DNA of 64,000 nucleotides from Zootoca vivipara (GCF_963506605.1 NC_083277.1:118420001-118484000), one strand, 5' to 3'; positions 1-13,983 are shown, counted from the first letter of the stretch. Numbers and translations: made by a program. The notes: generated from the letters alone by a model not told the origin.

Positions 1-3000
1 TTTCCCATGGAAATCCGTTTCTTAGAACCAGCAAAGGGGGATTGAAAATGGAATTCTGCCCATAAAGTTTCACACATGCCTTCCAAATTAATCTCTTAAT
101 GTGGTTTGCCTTTGTTCATGTTAAAGTAAGCTGAGATGGATACATACTGTGTGCCAGTGTTCCAAACACAAAGAGATGTGAACACGATTTTTTGTTTCCA
201 TCTAATAAACAAGAGTTGTACAAAATCTCACATCAGAAGCCAAAGGGGAGAAAAAAACTGAGGGCTAGTTCAGCAGCTCAGGAGTGCGTGCTCATGTGAG
301 CAAGCATGCAATATAAGCCAAGAGTTCATGGATCTTGGCTGCAAGAGAACATCTGCAATCTGGAAAGCACATTTTTCAAAAGTTCTCAGATTGGAGAAGT
401 TGCCATGGTTAAGATGTATGAGCTCCTGACTCACATGACACAGTTTCTCATGCAAGTACACACCCAGAGACAGTGAGAAGGGCTCACACAAGTGTGCAGG
501 AAAAATATCACCCAACCCGACTATGTGTCTGAGGCCACAAGAGAAATGGCATTGTGGTTCAGAGCAACCTGCCATTTAGATCAGTAATATTCTACGAAGA
601 TTGGTGAGAAATCAAAACCAGAGATACCAGCCAGGCTCCATTCTGAGTTGGCAGCAAATGTCATTGACTGTCTCTGCTGAGAGCATCTGAAATATTGAAC
701 TAAAAAGGGCTCCAATTTTTAAATAAACCAAACCTGTAATGAAATATATTTTTAAAATCTGAAATAAAACATTTTGTTGCAGATCTCACTGCTATAGCCC
801 AAATAAACAGCCCAAACCTGAGCCTCCATGTCTATGCTACTCCTCTGACTACCAGGTGCTGAGTTTCATGCTGTTAGCTTCTAGCTAACAGATGCCGATA
901 TGCTTACGGGTAGCATAACTTTGAATGGCATCTGCACTTTCCAAATGGAGTTCCAGCAAACACAGGTGCTCCACGGAAGCTGATCGGGGGTCCCATAGCA
1001 AGATGATCTTTAAAAGAGGTCCAACCTTCTCCTGAAATTCAGTGGCAGGGAAACACAGAGTATGCTTGCACAGGGTCACTAGCCACTTAGTCTTCAACTA
1101 CTTCCACCCAAATCTCCTGCAATTGCATGTGCAAAGAGTCCTTGGCTGGCAAATCGAGGAAATGTTTCCCAGTGGGTAGGGAGCTAAGTGGACCCAGCAT
1201 TGCTTATTCTATGTCTTTATCATCCCCCCACAATGTTTTTGGATAACATCAGGCAGCAAAAAGCTCTGAATTGGATTTGAATGCAAAAGTACATGTGACA
1301 TGGGAGATCCATAACTGGATTTCCAGACATCTTTTTAAGCTGAAAAGAAGGCACAGGAGAATGCAAAAACCAGATCTGGACCATCACACTGAGGAAAGGT
1401 GGCTTAACCCTTCCTCCAGTGCCACTTCCCTGATCAAAATTGTCCCCCAAACTTACTTCTAGTCCCAGTAGGAACACAAGTACCTACACTGTGCCCATTG
1501 CTTTCCCCTCCTGGGGCTAACAGCAGTTCAGGAAGGGGAATTTCAATCAGGAAAATGGCAAGGGGGGCAGGATTTAATTCCCTCTCCTCGTGGCTGCGTT
1601 TTTACCTTTTAAAAAAAGATGTTGGGAGGCCAAATAAGGGATCTCCCTCTTCATCTGCAATTTGGCCTGGTGTGCATCAAAAATGTGGAGAAGGGACAGG
1701 GGCTAGGGTCAGGATGGAATGAAGGATATTAGGAAAGCTTGGGTGGGGAGGAGGAGGGTTATTCACAGAGCTGCAGCCTGGGAGCTGAGGAGGAAATGAT
1801 GAACCGCAAGTGGCTTGGAAAAAATGCACTGTGGGTGGTCTCTGGCTACTTGTAGGCTCCAGCCCTGACCTGTTCTGCCCCAAACTTAGCTGATCCCAAG
1901 CCCCGCCTCATGTAGTCAGGATCTGATCCCAAGGAACATAATGTGCTGGTACCAAAGAGAGAAAACCCCACCAGGCTCCAAGTCTGAGGCCTAGCTCTCA
2001 GGGAGATAATAAACTTGTGTCATCTGGGTTGGGCTGCTTCACAGTGCAGATATGGGAGGAGACTAATATATTTCTCCTCCATACAGAAGCAGGGAACATG
2101 GGAGAGAAAAGTTATTGCTTAGTTTTCTCACCAATGGTTTGGGGTTCTTGCTCTTCTGCAGGGAATTTTTGCTAGTACGGAAGACCAGATAATCAATGAG
2201 GTTCCCCCCTCACCTGCAGGTTGAAGGGGCTCAGAGCAAACTAGGCTTGAATGGAAGTGACGGGTGATAAATTTATATTCCCAGTAGACTAACTGTGAAG
2301 AAGGGGTGTGTGCTAAGCATGCAAATAAGTCAGTACTGACCACAGGAGAAAATACCATCACTATGCTGAAGAAAGATCAGTTTTAGGTGGGAAAAGCCAC
2401 ACCTCCCCACAACTCTATCTGAACAAGATAGCTATAACACATTGTTTGTCTCTTAGCCCTGCTATTTGAACAACCATCACAATAGGCCAAAGCAGGGCAG
2501 TGGAACAGTATCTTCTAAACTTTCTCCCATTCAGAGTATCTGGCTTCTCCATGGACAATACAAAATGGCTGGCTGACCAGTGGAAATGGGTTTTCCTCTG
2601 CTAAGCTGCATGTAGCCCTAACTTGCTTCTCCTCATTACCCTAGGAATTTCAGCACCACTATTTCCACCCCCCATCACCTCTTGTACCCAAGATCCATTT
2701 GAAGCTACGGAGCAGAGTATGCAGAGACGTGGGTCCAATTCAGGTATCACTAGTAGTTAGCCCTTCCCTATAGCTATATCCTATAATGTGCTGATAGAAT
2801 CACTCGGGATATAGGTGTAGAGAGTAGGAGGAAGAAGCTGTTAGATCAGCTGGTTGCTCAGAAGAAAGCTGTTCAGCCAGGTAAGGAAGGGCAGGGCTGG
2901 AGAGATGCTACAAGGTTCCAGACCCTCCTAGTGGCTTATAAGCCTCAGAGGGAGCCACATGAAAGGAGAGAGGGAAAAGCTCCCCTGTGTGTCTGGCTAC

Positions 3001-4223
3001 TTTCATTACTGAGTAAAGGAGCAGGATTGCCTGTTGATGGGCCCTGTAGAAGTCAGGAGCTATAGATTCCTGTGACCACAGAAATTGTGCTACTGCAGAC
3101 CCCCTTAGGTAGAGGAGTGCCAATGAGGATGATTCTATTATCCAAGCATTCCTAGTGTGTTGAAAAATCCAGCGACAGGAAAGATGCAAATACATAAACA
3201 TCTTTGGGGGAGGCATGCAACAGACATAAAATGGTGCTAATTTTCAGCACACAGAAGCTTTTCAGCACTGATTCAATGAAAGAGGCGTAGGGACCATCCC
3301 TGCCCCCAGGTAATGACTGTCCCTGGCTCAACTTCAGGGACTGCTAGATACACTGACAAGTTACCAGCCTTTCCAGGCAGCAACAGCTCCGCTGGAGGAA
3401 AAAATATGGGAAAGGAAACAGGCCAGCCAAGTCTTCCTCCGCTGGATACATGGGCCATGGGGCTCCAGCCAGAGCCTTTGCCTGCCAGATGTTCACAGCT
3501 GGGCGTATGTCCCCCTTGGCTCATCTACACAACCTGCCAAAATCTGGATTTTCCATTCCCAGCAGTAAAAGAAGATAAATTCCAGGGCAACCCCCGAGCC
3601 AATGATGTCAAACCTGGAAGCACCACCTACTGCTGCTGCATGTTATTGAATCTTCTTCCCTGAGAACAGGTGGCCTCCCTGGTGACCTGTCCATGGTGCT
3701 GAACAATAAGTGGCACAGCCCATGGGAACCGTCCTAATATTAGAAGCAGGTGGAAAGCTGACTCAAAACCAGCAAGAAGCCAATTTGTCTGCAGTGGCTG
3801 CCTGGAACAACTGCACAAACAGGCACCCCAATGCAGAGAGATGTGCAAAACACAACACAGAGTCTCACCAAACACAGAATCATTCACCTCATTCCAGAGC
3901 TAGGAAATATTCCAGTTTCCTCAGAAGCCAAATACAAAAAAAACATGAACTTATCCATACTGTCTAAACAGATCAAACACTCCAGTATTAAGCAATGTTA
4001 ATAAACTGTTCTGGGAGAATATGAAGGGAAAAGCTGGTGACATTTCGATTAGAGAATCAACCACCACTGGAGAGAAAATGAACATTGTCATGGTGAGTAC
4101 AAAGGTATGAGTGGAAAGTCAAGGTCCAAGTCAGCAGTAGGAGGTCCATCTTGCCATCTGTTCTAAGCAGTAGCAAGTGCCATCATCAGGAACCTGAACA
4201 GGTATTTTCCCACCATGTTATTA

Positions 4224-5378
4224 TCTATATATATATAAATGTAAACTGGCCATGTCTGTTAGTATCCATATTTCACCAAAACCGCTTGACCGATTGCGTT
4301 CAAATTTTGACACAATGACGCATGTGAATATGAGAGCAAGCCCATACTGTTTTAAAAGACAGGTGCCATGTAAAACCCCTAAAACCCCGTGTTTCAAAAC
4401 ACACCATTCAGACGAAAATGCATTCTGGGAAAAGAACCAGGTTGCAAGCCAGCGCCCTCTAGCTGCGGCTACACTGGTACTACACCTATAAAAACCTTCC
4501 CTCTCAACAGCACCTTGGCTCCCGTTTACATACTAGGCCGAAGCCTTTACAAACTAGGCCGAATGGAGGTACTGACTTGCCTGGGTGGGGGTGGGGGGTG
4601 GAGGGGATGGAATGGGTCAGGACACAGTGGGACCAGTCACAGGGATGAGCTGGGGGTGGGGGGAGAAGGGGACATGATACTGTGGCGATCACACGGGGTC
4701 CCCGGACCTTTCACGGTCTATTGATCCCTGTGCCACCACTTTATTTCCCGCTGCCACCAACTAGGCTCTACCTGGTAAAATACTGAGTCCAGTCAGGGTT
4801 AAATTGGAACACAAAACTTCTGTTTATTTATTGCAGTTTAACAAGCATGTGGTTTTATAAACGGTCTTCAGTCAATTATAAACACTTGGTGCCTATACCG
4901 GCCTATACCTTCCTATACCTGCTCACACTCCCTAAACCAACCTCCTTCCTGCATCCAGTTTCACCCTTGAGTTATCTACTGAACTTCCTAGCAACTACTG
5001 TAACTGTTAAGGACTCAGCTTATTTTCTGCTACACTAACTCAACCTATCCACAGACTCCCCCGCAATTCAACTCCCACTCCAATCCCAACTGAACTACGA
5101 ACTCAATTGAACTAACTCAACTCCCCTTCAGGGCTGGTTTTATAGTCCCTCTGACTCCACCCCCCTTGGGTTCTTATTGGTTAACCTGTTTAACTATTTC
5201 ACCTCCAGCACTATCATAGGTCAATGTCACAGATACGTCATGGGTCGGGACAGAGAGGGGGGTATCACAAGGATAAGCTAAGGGTGGGGGGGAGGAGGGG
5301 ACGGGATACGTCATGGATCGGCACAGGGTGGGGCAGTCACAGGAATTAGCCACAGCAACGTGTGGCAGGGCCAGCTAG
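4224..5378 (+). mobile_element. Non-autonomous Helitron, interrupted by a solo LTR at 4681-5231
   Basis: Begins A|TCTATATATATATAAA and ends GCAACGTGTGGCAGGGCCAG-CTAG|T. It is inserted between A and T without a TSD. A related 3' end occurs inverted at 43037. Confidence 0.75.
4681..5231 (-). mobile_element. Solo LTR (Gypsy/ERV-like) nested in the Helitron
   Basis: TG...CA termini (tgtggc...gtcaca) and a 5-bp TSD gatac (4676-4680, 5232-5236). CCAAT (~5176), TATA (~5140) and AATAAA (~4825) occur in LTR order on the minus strand. Confidence 0.8.
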
Positions 5379-6449
5379 TTAATAATAAAAATGGAATGGA
5401 TTGGGCAGGAAGCCATGTGCAAGGACTTCTTCTTATGCAATGGGGCTTTCCCCACTCTCCTTCCCCCATGAGCCCCAATGCCCCATGAAATTGGCTCAGT
5501 GGGGCATAGAAGAACCCCCAGAGCAGGAGGGGTAGCATTTTATCTGACAAGCAGAAATGCTTGCACTAACAGAATGTTTGATATACCACAACACTGAACA
5601 TTTCCCAGAATTAAATGCATTTCAGCAAGTAGTATAAGCTAGTCTTGGTTATTATTTTACCATTCTGCTAAATTTTATTTTGTTTCTCTTGCTGCTTCTG
5701 CTATTTCATTTCCATGGTGCTCTGTATGTCTACTGGTTTTTATTATATGTTGCCCTGAGGGTTTTTACTGAAGGGCAGCACAGACATTTTCAAAATAAAG
5801 AAACTGCATGGTGGTGATGATAGTTAATAACAACAGCAGCAGCAGCAGCAAATTATATCCATCATGAACTTCCAATATACATAACAACTGAGGGTTTCAG
5901 AAGCTAAAACAGATAGGCCTCCATCCCCAAGGAGCTTACAATCTACATTTCAATAGTGAGGAAGCATCAGTAGGGGAGAAGAAGAGACAAAAGCCACAAG
6001 GAAACACATACCTCTTGATATTTTACAACTTGCCTTTTGAAACATGCCTTTTCAGTCATAGCGCTGCAATGGAAAGCTATAGGCACACTTCACCCCAGCC
6101 ACATGAGCATATTGATGCACTGAGTTGCACTTAGAAAAGGCAAATGAAGCAGTGAAGTTTTTGTTTGGAAGCCTCTCAAGCTTATCCCCCATGTGTTTGT
6201 TATATAGCCAGAAAATGCAACACTTTGCCCAGTGCAAGAAAAGCAGAATATTCAGGTGACAACAGTTTAAGAAGCACTGTTCCATATAAACACATGTCTA
6301 GCCATGCCTTTCTCTCCCCCACACAATAGAGGTTAGAAGAGCCCTGTGAGGCCAGCTAGCTAATAATTTTCTAGATCGCATTTCTATCCTTTCATCCATC
6401 TCTGTGATCCTTTGGCCCTGTGACTGCCAAGAAGGCTACTCCTAATGCA

Positions 6450-7243
6450 GTCTTACTTATTTATATGGCAAATCTGCTCCACCACCCGGTGGGGAGGAGT
6501 TGTGGTGGACCACGTGACACCCACTCTCCTCTTGGGGGGGGGTGTTGTTCCACGCCACCCGGGAGATCCTGGCCATGTCATCCATCGGCCAGCCAATCAG
6601 CTGGCTGGGGGGCGTGGCCAGGACCAGTCTAAACAGCAGCGCAAGCCGAGAGACTTCCTCTTGGCTCGCGTTCTCGATCTCTCACTCTCCCTCCCTATTG
6701 GGAGGTTTAGTCTTTAATGGCCTTGCTATGGACCTCGGTTGGTCGCCGTTAAGGGGCCTGGTGGGAATTTTTCCACTTGGCAAATTGGCTCAGGCCATTT
6801 GGTTTTTGCCTACCTTGTAGCAATTGTCACAACTTTGTAAGGTTTTGCGGTTAGGCATTGGGTGACCTTCTGATGGGGGAGGGGAGTCCTGGCCATCGCC
6901 TGCCCCTCCATGCATAGTTGTATTCCGTTAAAGGAATCCGGGGGTGTGGATCTTGTCCAAAGCCCGGGGCAGGGCTAGGGCCATGCCATGACCCTTCCGG
7001 GAACCCAGGGGGGAGCTCAAGTTGGTTTGCATCGACGGGGCTCCCCCTACCGGTGGTTTACCCTACCAGACTTCCTGCGCAGTGGGCAGGAGTCAGATAT
7101 AGCCTGGTCTACTGAATGCCTAAGCCAATACCGCTCACATTCTGTCACCAATAAAGTTGTGGCCTAAATTTGCCCAATAACATTAACCTTATATCCTGTG
7201 TCCTTTTATTCCTCCTTGAGGGGGTGGTTACGGGGTCTCAACA
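6450..7243 (+). mobile_element. LTR-like terminal repeat (solo LTR or DIRS/Ngaro-type), left boundary uncertain
   Basis: GC-rich block with CCAAT (~6594) and a GC box, AATAAA at 7150-7155, ending ...gggtctcaaCA. No TSD found. Confidence 0.5.
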
Positions 7244-7480
7244 TGCAATTGAAATCCACTGCCAAGAGTGGCTACCAACAATTAACGTTTATCTGGTGTT
7301 TGGCGCGCTTGGTTGCCTTTCTAGTTGCCAGTGCCAGAAATACATAGAGATACTGGGGTACGGAGCAAGACCGCTGCCTTAGTTCTTGACATTCCTCTTA
7401 GTGCTGACTTCAGTTTCATATTGCAAGCCCAGGCTGCATGTCATTCTCTTAGTTCTATGATTATGATTGTGGGGGATTCA

Positions 7481-7670
7481 TAGAGCTATGGGGCTGGGGG
7501 TGGAGCACCTGCTTTGCATGCAGAAGGTCCCAGATTGAAACATCACCAGGTATGGGGCTGGGAAAGACTCCCGACTGAAAACTCAGGAGAGAAACTACTA
7601 GACAGCCTAGACAATTTTGAACAAGATGGGCCAGCAGTTTGACTAAGGTAGAAGATAGCTTCCTACATTC
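7481..7670 (+). mobile_element. tRNA-derived SINE (Squam3-like)
   Basis: tRNA-like head gagcacctgctttgcatgcagaaggtccca, then the body ggctgggaaagactcc...gcttcctac. Confidence 0.65.
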
Positions 7671-8743
7671 AGCTGAGATGGCCTAGTTTTGGCAGACCTT
7701 AGTACTGGCATTTGCAGCCACCAATGTCACCTTAAGTCTTGCCATACTGGGACATATCTGGCAGGCAGCAGTACTTGCAGTACTGTGTGGCATGGAAGTG
7801 CAGGCTACATTATATGACCTGATGTCCTGTTGACCCCCTTTCAGAGAAAGTTGTGGTTGAAACTGCATACTTCTGAGTATTAGCTGTCCAGGAATGAGGC
7901 CAAAGAACAGAATGTAAGCAGCTGTGTACATTCTTGATGCCAAGGTATTTGCCCCAGCCCTTGTTCTCAACCATAACTTTGTATACAATGAATCAAAACA
8001 AACAAAGATTTAAAAAAACAAAAAAAACAAAATGAAATTCTGCAACAAGACCTATGCTGGGTGATTTGAAATAAATTATGCAGCGTGCTTCCGGATAGAT
8101 AGATAAGACTGTAGTCATTACTAATCCTACTCAGAGTAAACTCACTGAAATTAATTAACATGACTAATTTAGGCCCATTAATTTCAGTGAGGACTCTGAG
8201 TAGGACTAGCATTGGATACAGCCTATAGAGGTATATGTATGTGGGTGTGTCTCTGTGTACACACAGAGAGGGGGGGAGGGAGAGAGAGGGGGGGAGAGAG
8301 AGAGAGAGAGGGAGAGAGAGAAAGAGAGTTATATGCTTTGGGATAGCAATACAGAAATCATTTAGGCTTCCTTTGCATTTCAAAAACTGTAGAATTTGTG
8401 GAAAGAAATGAGGCAAATGTAGAGTGGAGAGTTATGAAAATGGGGAGAGGTGAACTCTAGGACCACTAAAACACCACCACCAAGGAAGAACCAAGAGATG
8501 TTTGATAATAATAATAATATTGTGATGTGGGGTTCGTGACTTCAGTAAGTCTTAGAGCTCTCTGACAGCATGCTGGAGACAGTTTCTCTAGTGACTCTTC
8601 CTTAATAAGGCAAAGAAGACTGAAACCTGAGGAGAGGGAAGCTACATTTATAGGGACGGGAAACTTGCTTAAAAGGGATACATTTTGGAGGGAACAATCT
8701 CAAGCAATCACAGTGCTGCCTTTTGGTGGAAACCAGTAAGACT

Positions 8744-9947
8744 ATGTGGACCAAGAACTCCCAGAAGTCCAAGCTGGATTTCGAAGGGGCAGAGGAACTA
8801 GAGACCAAATTGCAAACATGCGCTGGATTATGGAGAAAGCTAGAGAGTTCCAGAAAAACATCTACTTCTGCTTCATTGACTACGCATGTCAACCACAGCA
8901 AACTATGGCAAGTTCTTAAAGAAATGGGTGTGCCTGATCATCTCACCTGTCTCCTGAGAAATCTCTATGTAGAACAAGAAGCTACAGTTAGAACTGGATA
9001 TGGAACAACTGATTGGTTCATAATTGGAAAAGGAGTATGACAAGGCTGTATATTGTCTCCCTGCTTATTTAACATATGCAGAATTCATCATGCAAAAGGC
9101 TGGACTGGATGAATCCCAAGCCAGAATTAAGATTGCCAGAAGAAATATCAACAACCTCAGATATGCAGATGAGACAACCTTGATGGCAGAAAGTGAGGAG
9201 GAATTAAAGAACCTTTTAATGAGGGTGAAAGAGGAGAATGCAAAATATGGTCTGAAGCTCAACATCAAAAAAACCAAGATCATGGCCACTGGTCCCATCA
9301 CCTCCTGGCAAATAGAAGGGGAAGAAATGGAGGCAGTGAGAGATTTTACTTTCTTGGGTTCCATGATCACTGCAGATGGTGACAGCAGTCACGAAATTAA
9401 AAGACGTCTGCTTCTTGGGAGAAAAGCAATGACAAACCTAGACAGCATCTTAAAAAGCAGAGACATCACCTTGCCAACAAAGGTCCGTATAGTTAAAGCT
9501 ATGGTTTTCCCAGTAATGATGTATGGAAGTGAGAGCTGGACCATAAAGAAGGCTGATTGCTGAAGAATTGATGCTTTTGAATTATGGTGCTGGAGGAGAC
9601 TCTTGAGAGTCCCATGGACTGCTAGAAGATCAAACCTATCCATTCTGAAGGAAATCAGCCCTGAGTGCTCACTGGAAGGACAGATCGTGAAGCTGGGGCT
9701 CCAATACCTTGGCCACCTCATGAGAAGAGAAGACTCCCTGGAAAAGACCCTGAGGTTGGGAAAGATGGAGGGCACAAGGAGAAGGGGGGTGACAGAGGAC
9801 GAGATGGTTGGACAGTGTTCTTGAAGCTACCAACATGAGTATGACCAAACTGCGGGAGGCAGTGCAAGACAGGAGTGCCTGGCGTGCTCTGGTCCATGGG
9901 GTCACAGGAGTCGGACATGACTAAACGAGTAAACAACAACAACAACA
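8744..9947 (+). mobile_element. BovB (RTE) LINE, 5'-truncated, with frameshifts and stops
   Basis: RT fragments (NLRYADETTLMAESEEEL, FPVMMYGSESWTIKKA), a (CAA)n tail, and a 9-bp TSD agtaagact (8735-8743, 9948-9956). Confidence 0.95.
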
Positions 9948-10083
9948 AGTAAGACTGAGGATCCAAATACAGCAGCTTAAATGAACCAACAGTAGCTGTT
10001 CCTTCTGGAACCGAAAGGCAGTTACTTTACCCTAATGCTAATACAGACAATAGTAATATAATATCCTTCGAATCAATACACAA

Positions 10084-10821
10084 ATAATAATAATAATAAT
10101 AATAATAATAATTTATTTGTACCCCACCCATCCGGCTGGGTTTCCCCAGCCACTCTGGGCGGCTTCCAACAAAGATTAAAATACATTAAAATGTCACACA
10201 TTTAAAACTTCCCCAAAAAGGGCTGCCTTCCGATGTTTTCTAATGTCAGGTAGTTATTCATCTCTTTGTCATATGATGGGAGGGCATTCCACAGGGCAGG
10301 TGCCAATACCGAGAAGGCCCTCTGCCTGGTTCCTTGTAGCTTTGCTTCTCGCAGTGAGGGAACCACCAGAAGGCCCTCAGAGCTGGACCTCAGTGTCCGG
10401 GCAGAAGGATGAGGGTGGAGACGCTCCTTCAGGTATACTGGGCTGAGGCCATTTAGGGCTTTAAAGGTCAGCACCAACACTTTGAATTGTGCTCAGAAAT
10501 GTACTGGGAGCCAATGTAGGTCTTTCAGGACCGGTGTTATGTGGTCTCAGCAGCCGCTCCCAGTCACCAGTCTAGCTGTCGCATTCTGGATTAGTTGTAG
10601 TTTCCAGGTCACCTTCAAAGGTAGCCCCACGTAGAGCGCATTGCAGTAGTCCAAGTGAGAGATAACCAGAGCATGCACCACTCTGGCAAGACAGTCCACA
10701 GGCAGGTAGGGTCTCAGCCTGCGTACCAGCTGGAGCTGGTAAACAGCGGCCCTGGATACAGAACTGACCTGTGCCTCCATGGACAGCTGTGAGTCCAAAA
10801 TGACTCCCAAAATGACTCCCA
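10084..10821 (-). mobile_element. L2-clade LINE 3' fragment
   Basis: Minus-strand peptides LGVILDSQLSMEAQV...LDYCNALYVGLP and RAFSVLAPALWNALP, with an (ATT)n tail at 10084-10113. Confidence 0.85.
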
Positions 10822-11069
10822 ACCAAACAAGTCCATGGCAGACAAAAAATGTGAACAGGGTCTTCCTGTTTTACAGCTCAGTCTTTTAGCCATTATGCGC
10901 CACTTTCTCTCACTAAAAGCCCTTCCCGGTTTCCTCCACCTGCACTTCTTGACTGCCTATTTATTTTCATGTTCTTCTCTGTAATCACAAGAGCTAGAAA
11001 CTTATGCTTTCTAAAACTCAAAACCAAACATTCCCAGGATGCTGTATCCTACGTCAATTTCCATTTCTA

Positions 11070-11225
11070 ATCATAGAATCATAGAGTTGGAAGAGACCAC
11101 AAGGGTCATCCAGTCCAACCCCCTGCCAAGCAGGTAACACCATCAAAGCATTCTTGACATATGCCTGTCAAGCCTCTGCTTAAAGACCTCCAAAGAAGGA
11201 GACTCCACCACACTCCTTGGTAGCA
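11070..11225 (-). mobile_element. CR1 LINE 3' end
   Basis: tcatagaatcatagagttggaag...gtccaacccc is the reverse complement of the CR1 tail (ATTCTRTG repeat). Confidence 0.8.
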
Positions 11226-11576
11226 AGGATTCATTAGAGGGCTTCCATATGATTTATTCCCATGAGTCACTATGGCATGAGTGCTGAAGTGAAACAAACA
11301 TTGCTTTTCCAGTTCCAATTTGTGTGTGCAGATCTTTGCTTTTTACCTTTGCTTTTTAAATAAAAGTGCTCAACAAACACACAAGACGTAACCGGCTGAG
11401 CTCTTACATAAATAAAATATATTATTCACTATGTCATATCAAATAACTTACAGAGTTCAATGGAAATAACTCATAGTTCAACGGAGAAAGCAGAAGACCC
11501 AGTAGATCAGTTCAGTCACAGATCAGTTCATTCACGAGGTCCATACATGTACTAGTGTCTATTCCACCTGTGTCTT

Positions 11577-11806
11577 TTCATAAAGTCCAAACAATCCACA
11601 TGGGAGCTTGTTACAGTTCCACAGAATCCTTTCACGGAGTCTAGACAAGGATTTCCAGAATATTGGCCTTGTTTCGCCGTCTTGGGCTTCATCAGTTGTA
11701 CAAGTTCATATGTGATGTAATAAGATTGTGGATCTTGTCTAGACTCTGTGAAAGGATTCTGTGGAACTGTAACAAGCTCCCATGTGGATTGTTTGGACTT
11801 CATGAA
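11577..11806. repeat. ~73-bp inverted repeat flanking a hammerhead-like core; probably a Penelope-like element remnant
   Basis: 11577-11649 is the near-perfect reverse complement of 11734-11806. The spacer contains CTGATGA...GAAAC on the minus strand. Confidence 0.7.
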
Positions 11807-13519
11807 GTTACCACTATGGAGAATCAGCAGCAAAATGCATCTTCAAAACACATCTTCTCCCAAACTCTTAGCTAATAGTCATTCAGGAAATCTGCACATA
11901 ACCTACTTGCCCAGGTTACAGTCTGGAAAGGAGACCCTAGGCTGGGGAACATGTTGCTCATCCTATTCTTCGAAACAAAAGAGAAAGGCTAATTGATCAC
12001 TTCCCTACATTGTAACATTACCCCATCAAACGGACACTGTGGCGGTGTGGGGGGGGGTCAGCATTTTGCTATTGCACCAAAGCAACTGGGATGGTGACAG
12101 AGGTTGTGGGGGATGTGAACTATATATGGAGAGCAAGTCACCTGTGTGGAGCAAGGGACGGTTGTGCATGGGGAACATCGGTTGTTGGGGGGGGCAGCAA
12201 CACACAGACACGAGGAGGGAAAACTGGACTGAAGGGTTTCAGCTGCTCCCAGCCTTTGGTGATAGGAGCAATGATAGTGGGAAACAAAATGCATTGCCAT
12301 AGAAGTGCTCCCTGTTATTGGGGCTACTATTTTGAACTATGATAGACTTTTAGGTGATAGCCCTCCCTTTCTCCCACCCTCACATACTTGCACTGCTGCC
12401 CCGCAGAACAAGGATAACCCCCCTCCCCTGCCTGAACACGTGGTTTGTGAGTGACACGTGCACAATGAGCAAGAGGTTGGGTGAGAAAAGACAGGGAAGG
12501 GGAGCCTGTGGGCCTTCCAGATGTTGCTGGACTACAACTCACATCCCTCTGACCATTGCAGGTTGGAGTGGATGGGAGTTGCAATCCAGCAACATCTGGA
12601 AGGCACCACACAGTGTACCCTGAACAAGATGATCTCAAGGTCCCTTCCTGCTGTATCATTCTTTGATTGAAAGTCCTGGCAGCACGGCCAGTGCTCTGCA
12701 AAATGTTCCTATATATAGCATTTGAGACAGTGGAAGTAAGGAGGAGGTGGAATAAGCAGCATCAGTCCTCAATGATTATATGTTTGGTGGAAATCAAATG
12801 GTGATTGACAAAAAGAGAGACATTCATCCAAATTGCACAGAGACCAGGCACATGTGACTATCTATCTCTGCTCTTGACCACTATTTGATGCCCTCAAGCT
12901 TGTTGCTACATGCATGCAGACAAAGCACATCTCCTGGCAACTGTCATCTAGAGCCGTCCCACAATCCCTGTGGCATTTCAGGTGCAGACGCTGAGCTCAT
13001 CTGCCTGAAAGGCCTCTCATTTTTTTTCTCCATCATGTCCAAACAAGTCTCTGGCAAGCTTGGAATGAAGCTGTAGATGTTTCTTGGGATCAAATGTCTT
13101 GGGCCTTTCTGCTGTTGATGCCCTCATTCAGCTCTGGTTAAAGAACAGAGCTGTTTTGTCCAGCTCTGGGTCCAGCTGCCAAGCCATTATAAAACATCAA
13201 GATCTCATACTATCAGTCTTCTCTCCCCCTGCTGTAGTTGTCCTAGACCCATGTCAGAACTTGCTCGAGGGGCCAGGAGTATCTTGCATTCCCCTAGCAA
13301 ATGTTTGACATGATGATGTTAACACTACCGAGCATCAACGATGGCCATGAGGGGGATCAAACGCATTTCCCGGCTCATTGCTGCATTTCCAGACAACTGT
13401 GACATGAATGAGAGACTGTCTTTGATTAATACTCGCTGCACAGACAGACATCTGATGTCACATACATCAGTGCCTAAGTGGCGGGGGATGCAAGTCAATA
13501 TGTGCATGCTCTGAACAGT

Positions 13520-13902
13520 GGCGCGGGTAGCGCTGTGGTCTAAACCACTGAGCCTCTTGGGCTTGCCGATTGGAAGGTTGGCAGTTCAAATCCCCACAAT
13601 GGGGTGAGCTCCCGTTGCTCTGTCCCAGCTCCTGCCAACCTAGCAGTTTGAAAGCATGCTAGTGCAAGTAGACAAATAGGTACCGCTGCGGCGGAAAGGT
13701 AAATGGCATTTCTGTGCACTCTGGCACTCGGCACTGTCCTCTGTGTGCCAGTAGCGGTTTAGTCCTGCTGGCCTCATGACCCACAAAACTGTCTGTTCTG
13801 TGGACAAACACCAACTCCCTCGGCCTGAAAACGAGATGAGCGCTGCAACTCCATAGTTGCCTTTGACTGGACTTAACCATCCAGAGGTCCTTTACCCTTA
13901 CT
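13520..13902 (+). mobile_element. Sauria SINE, near full length
   Basis: tRNA-like head (gcgctgtggtctaaaccactgagcc...gttcaaatcc), the core gtgcaagtagacaaataggtacc, and an (ACCTTT)-like tail. Confidence 0.9.
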
Positions 13903-13928
13903 TTTTTTATATGTATATGCACTCCCTT

Positions 13929-13932
<4 letters not shown>

Positions 13933-13983
<51 letters not shown>
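13933..13983. repeat. (GA)n microsatellite
   Basis: Direct reading. Confidence 0.95.

Noticed and set aside
908-1031. Minus-strand segment with an acceptor-like tttcag, a donor gtaagc and an open frame, as candidate exon 2
   Set aside because: Neither open frame resembles the COL5A3 N-terminal domain or any protein I recognise; likely chance.
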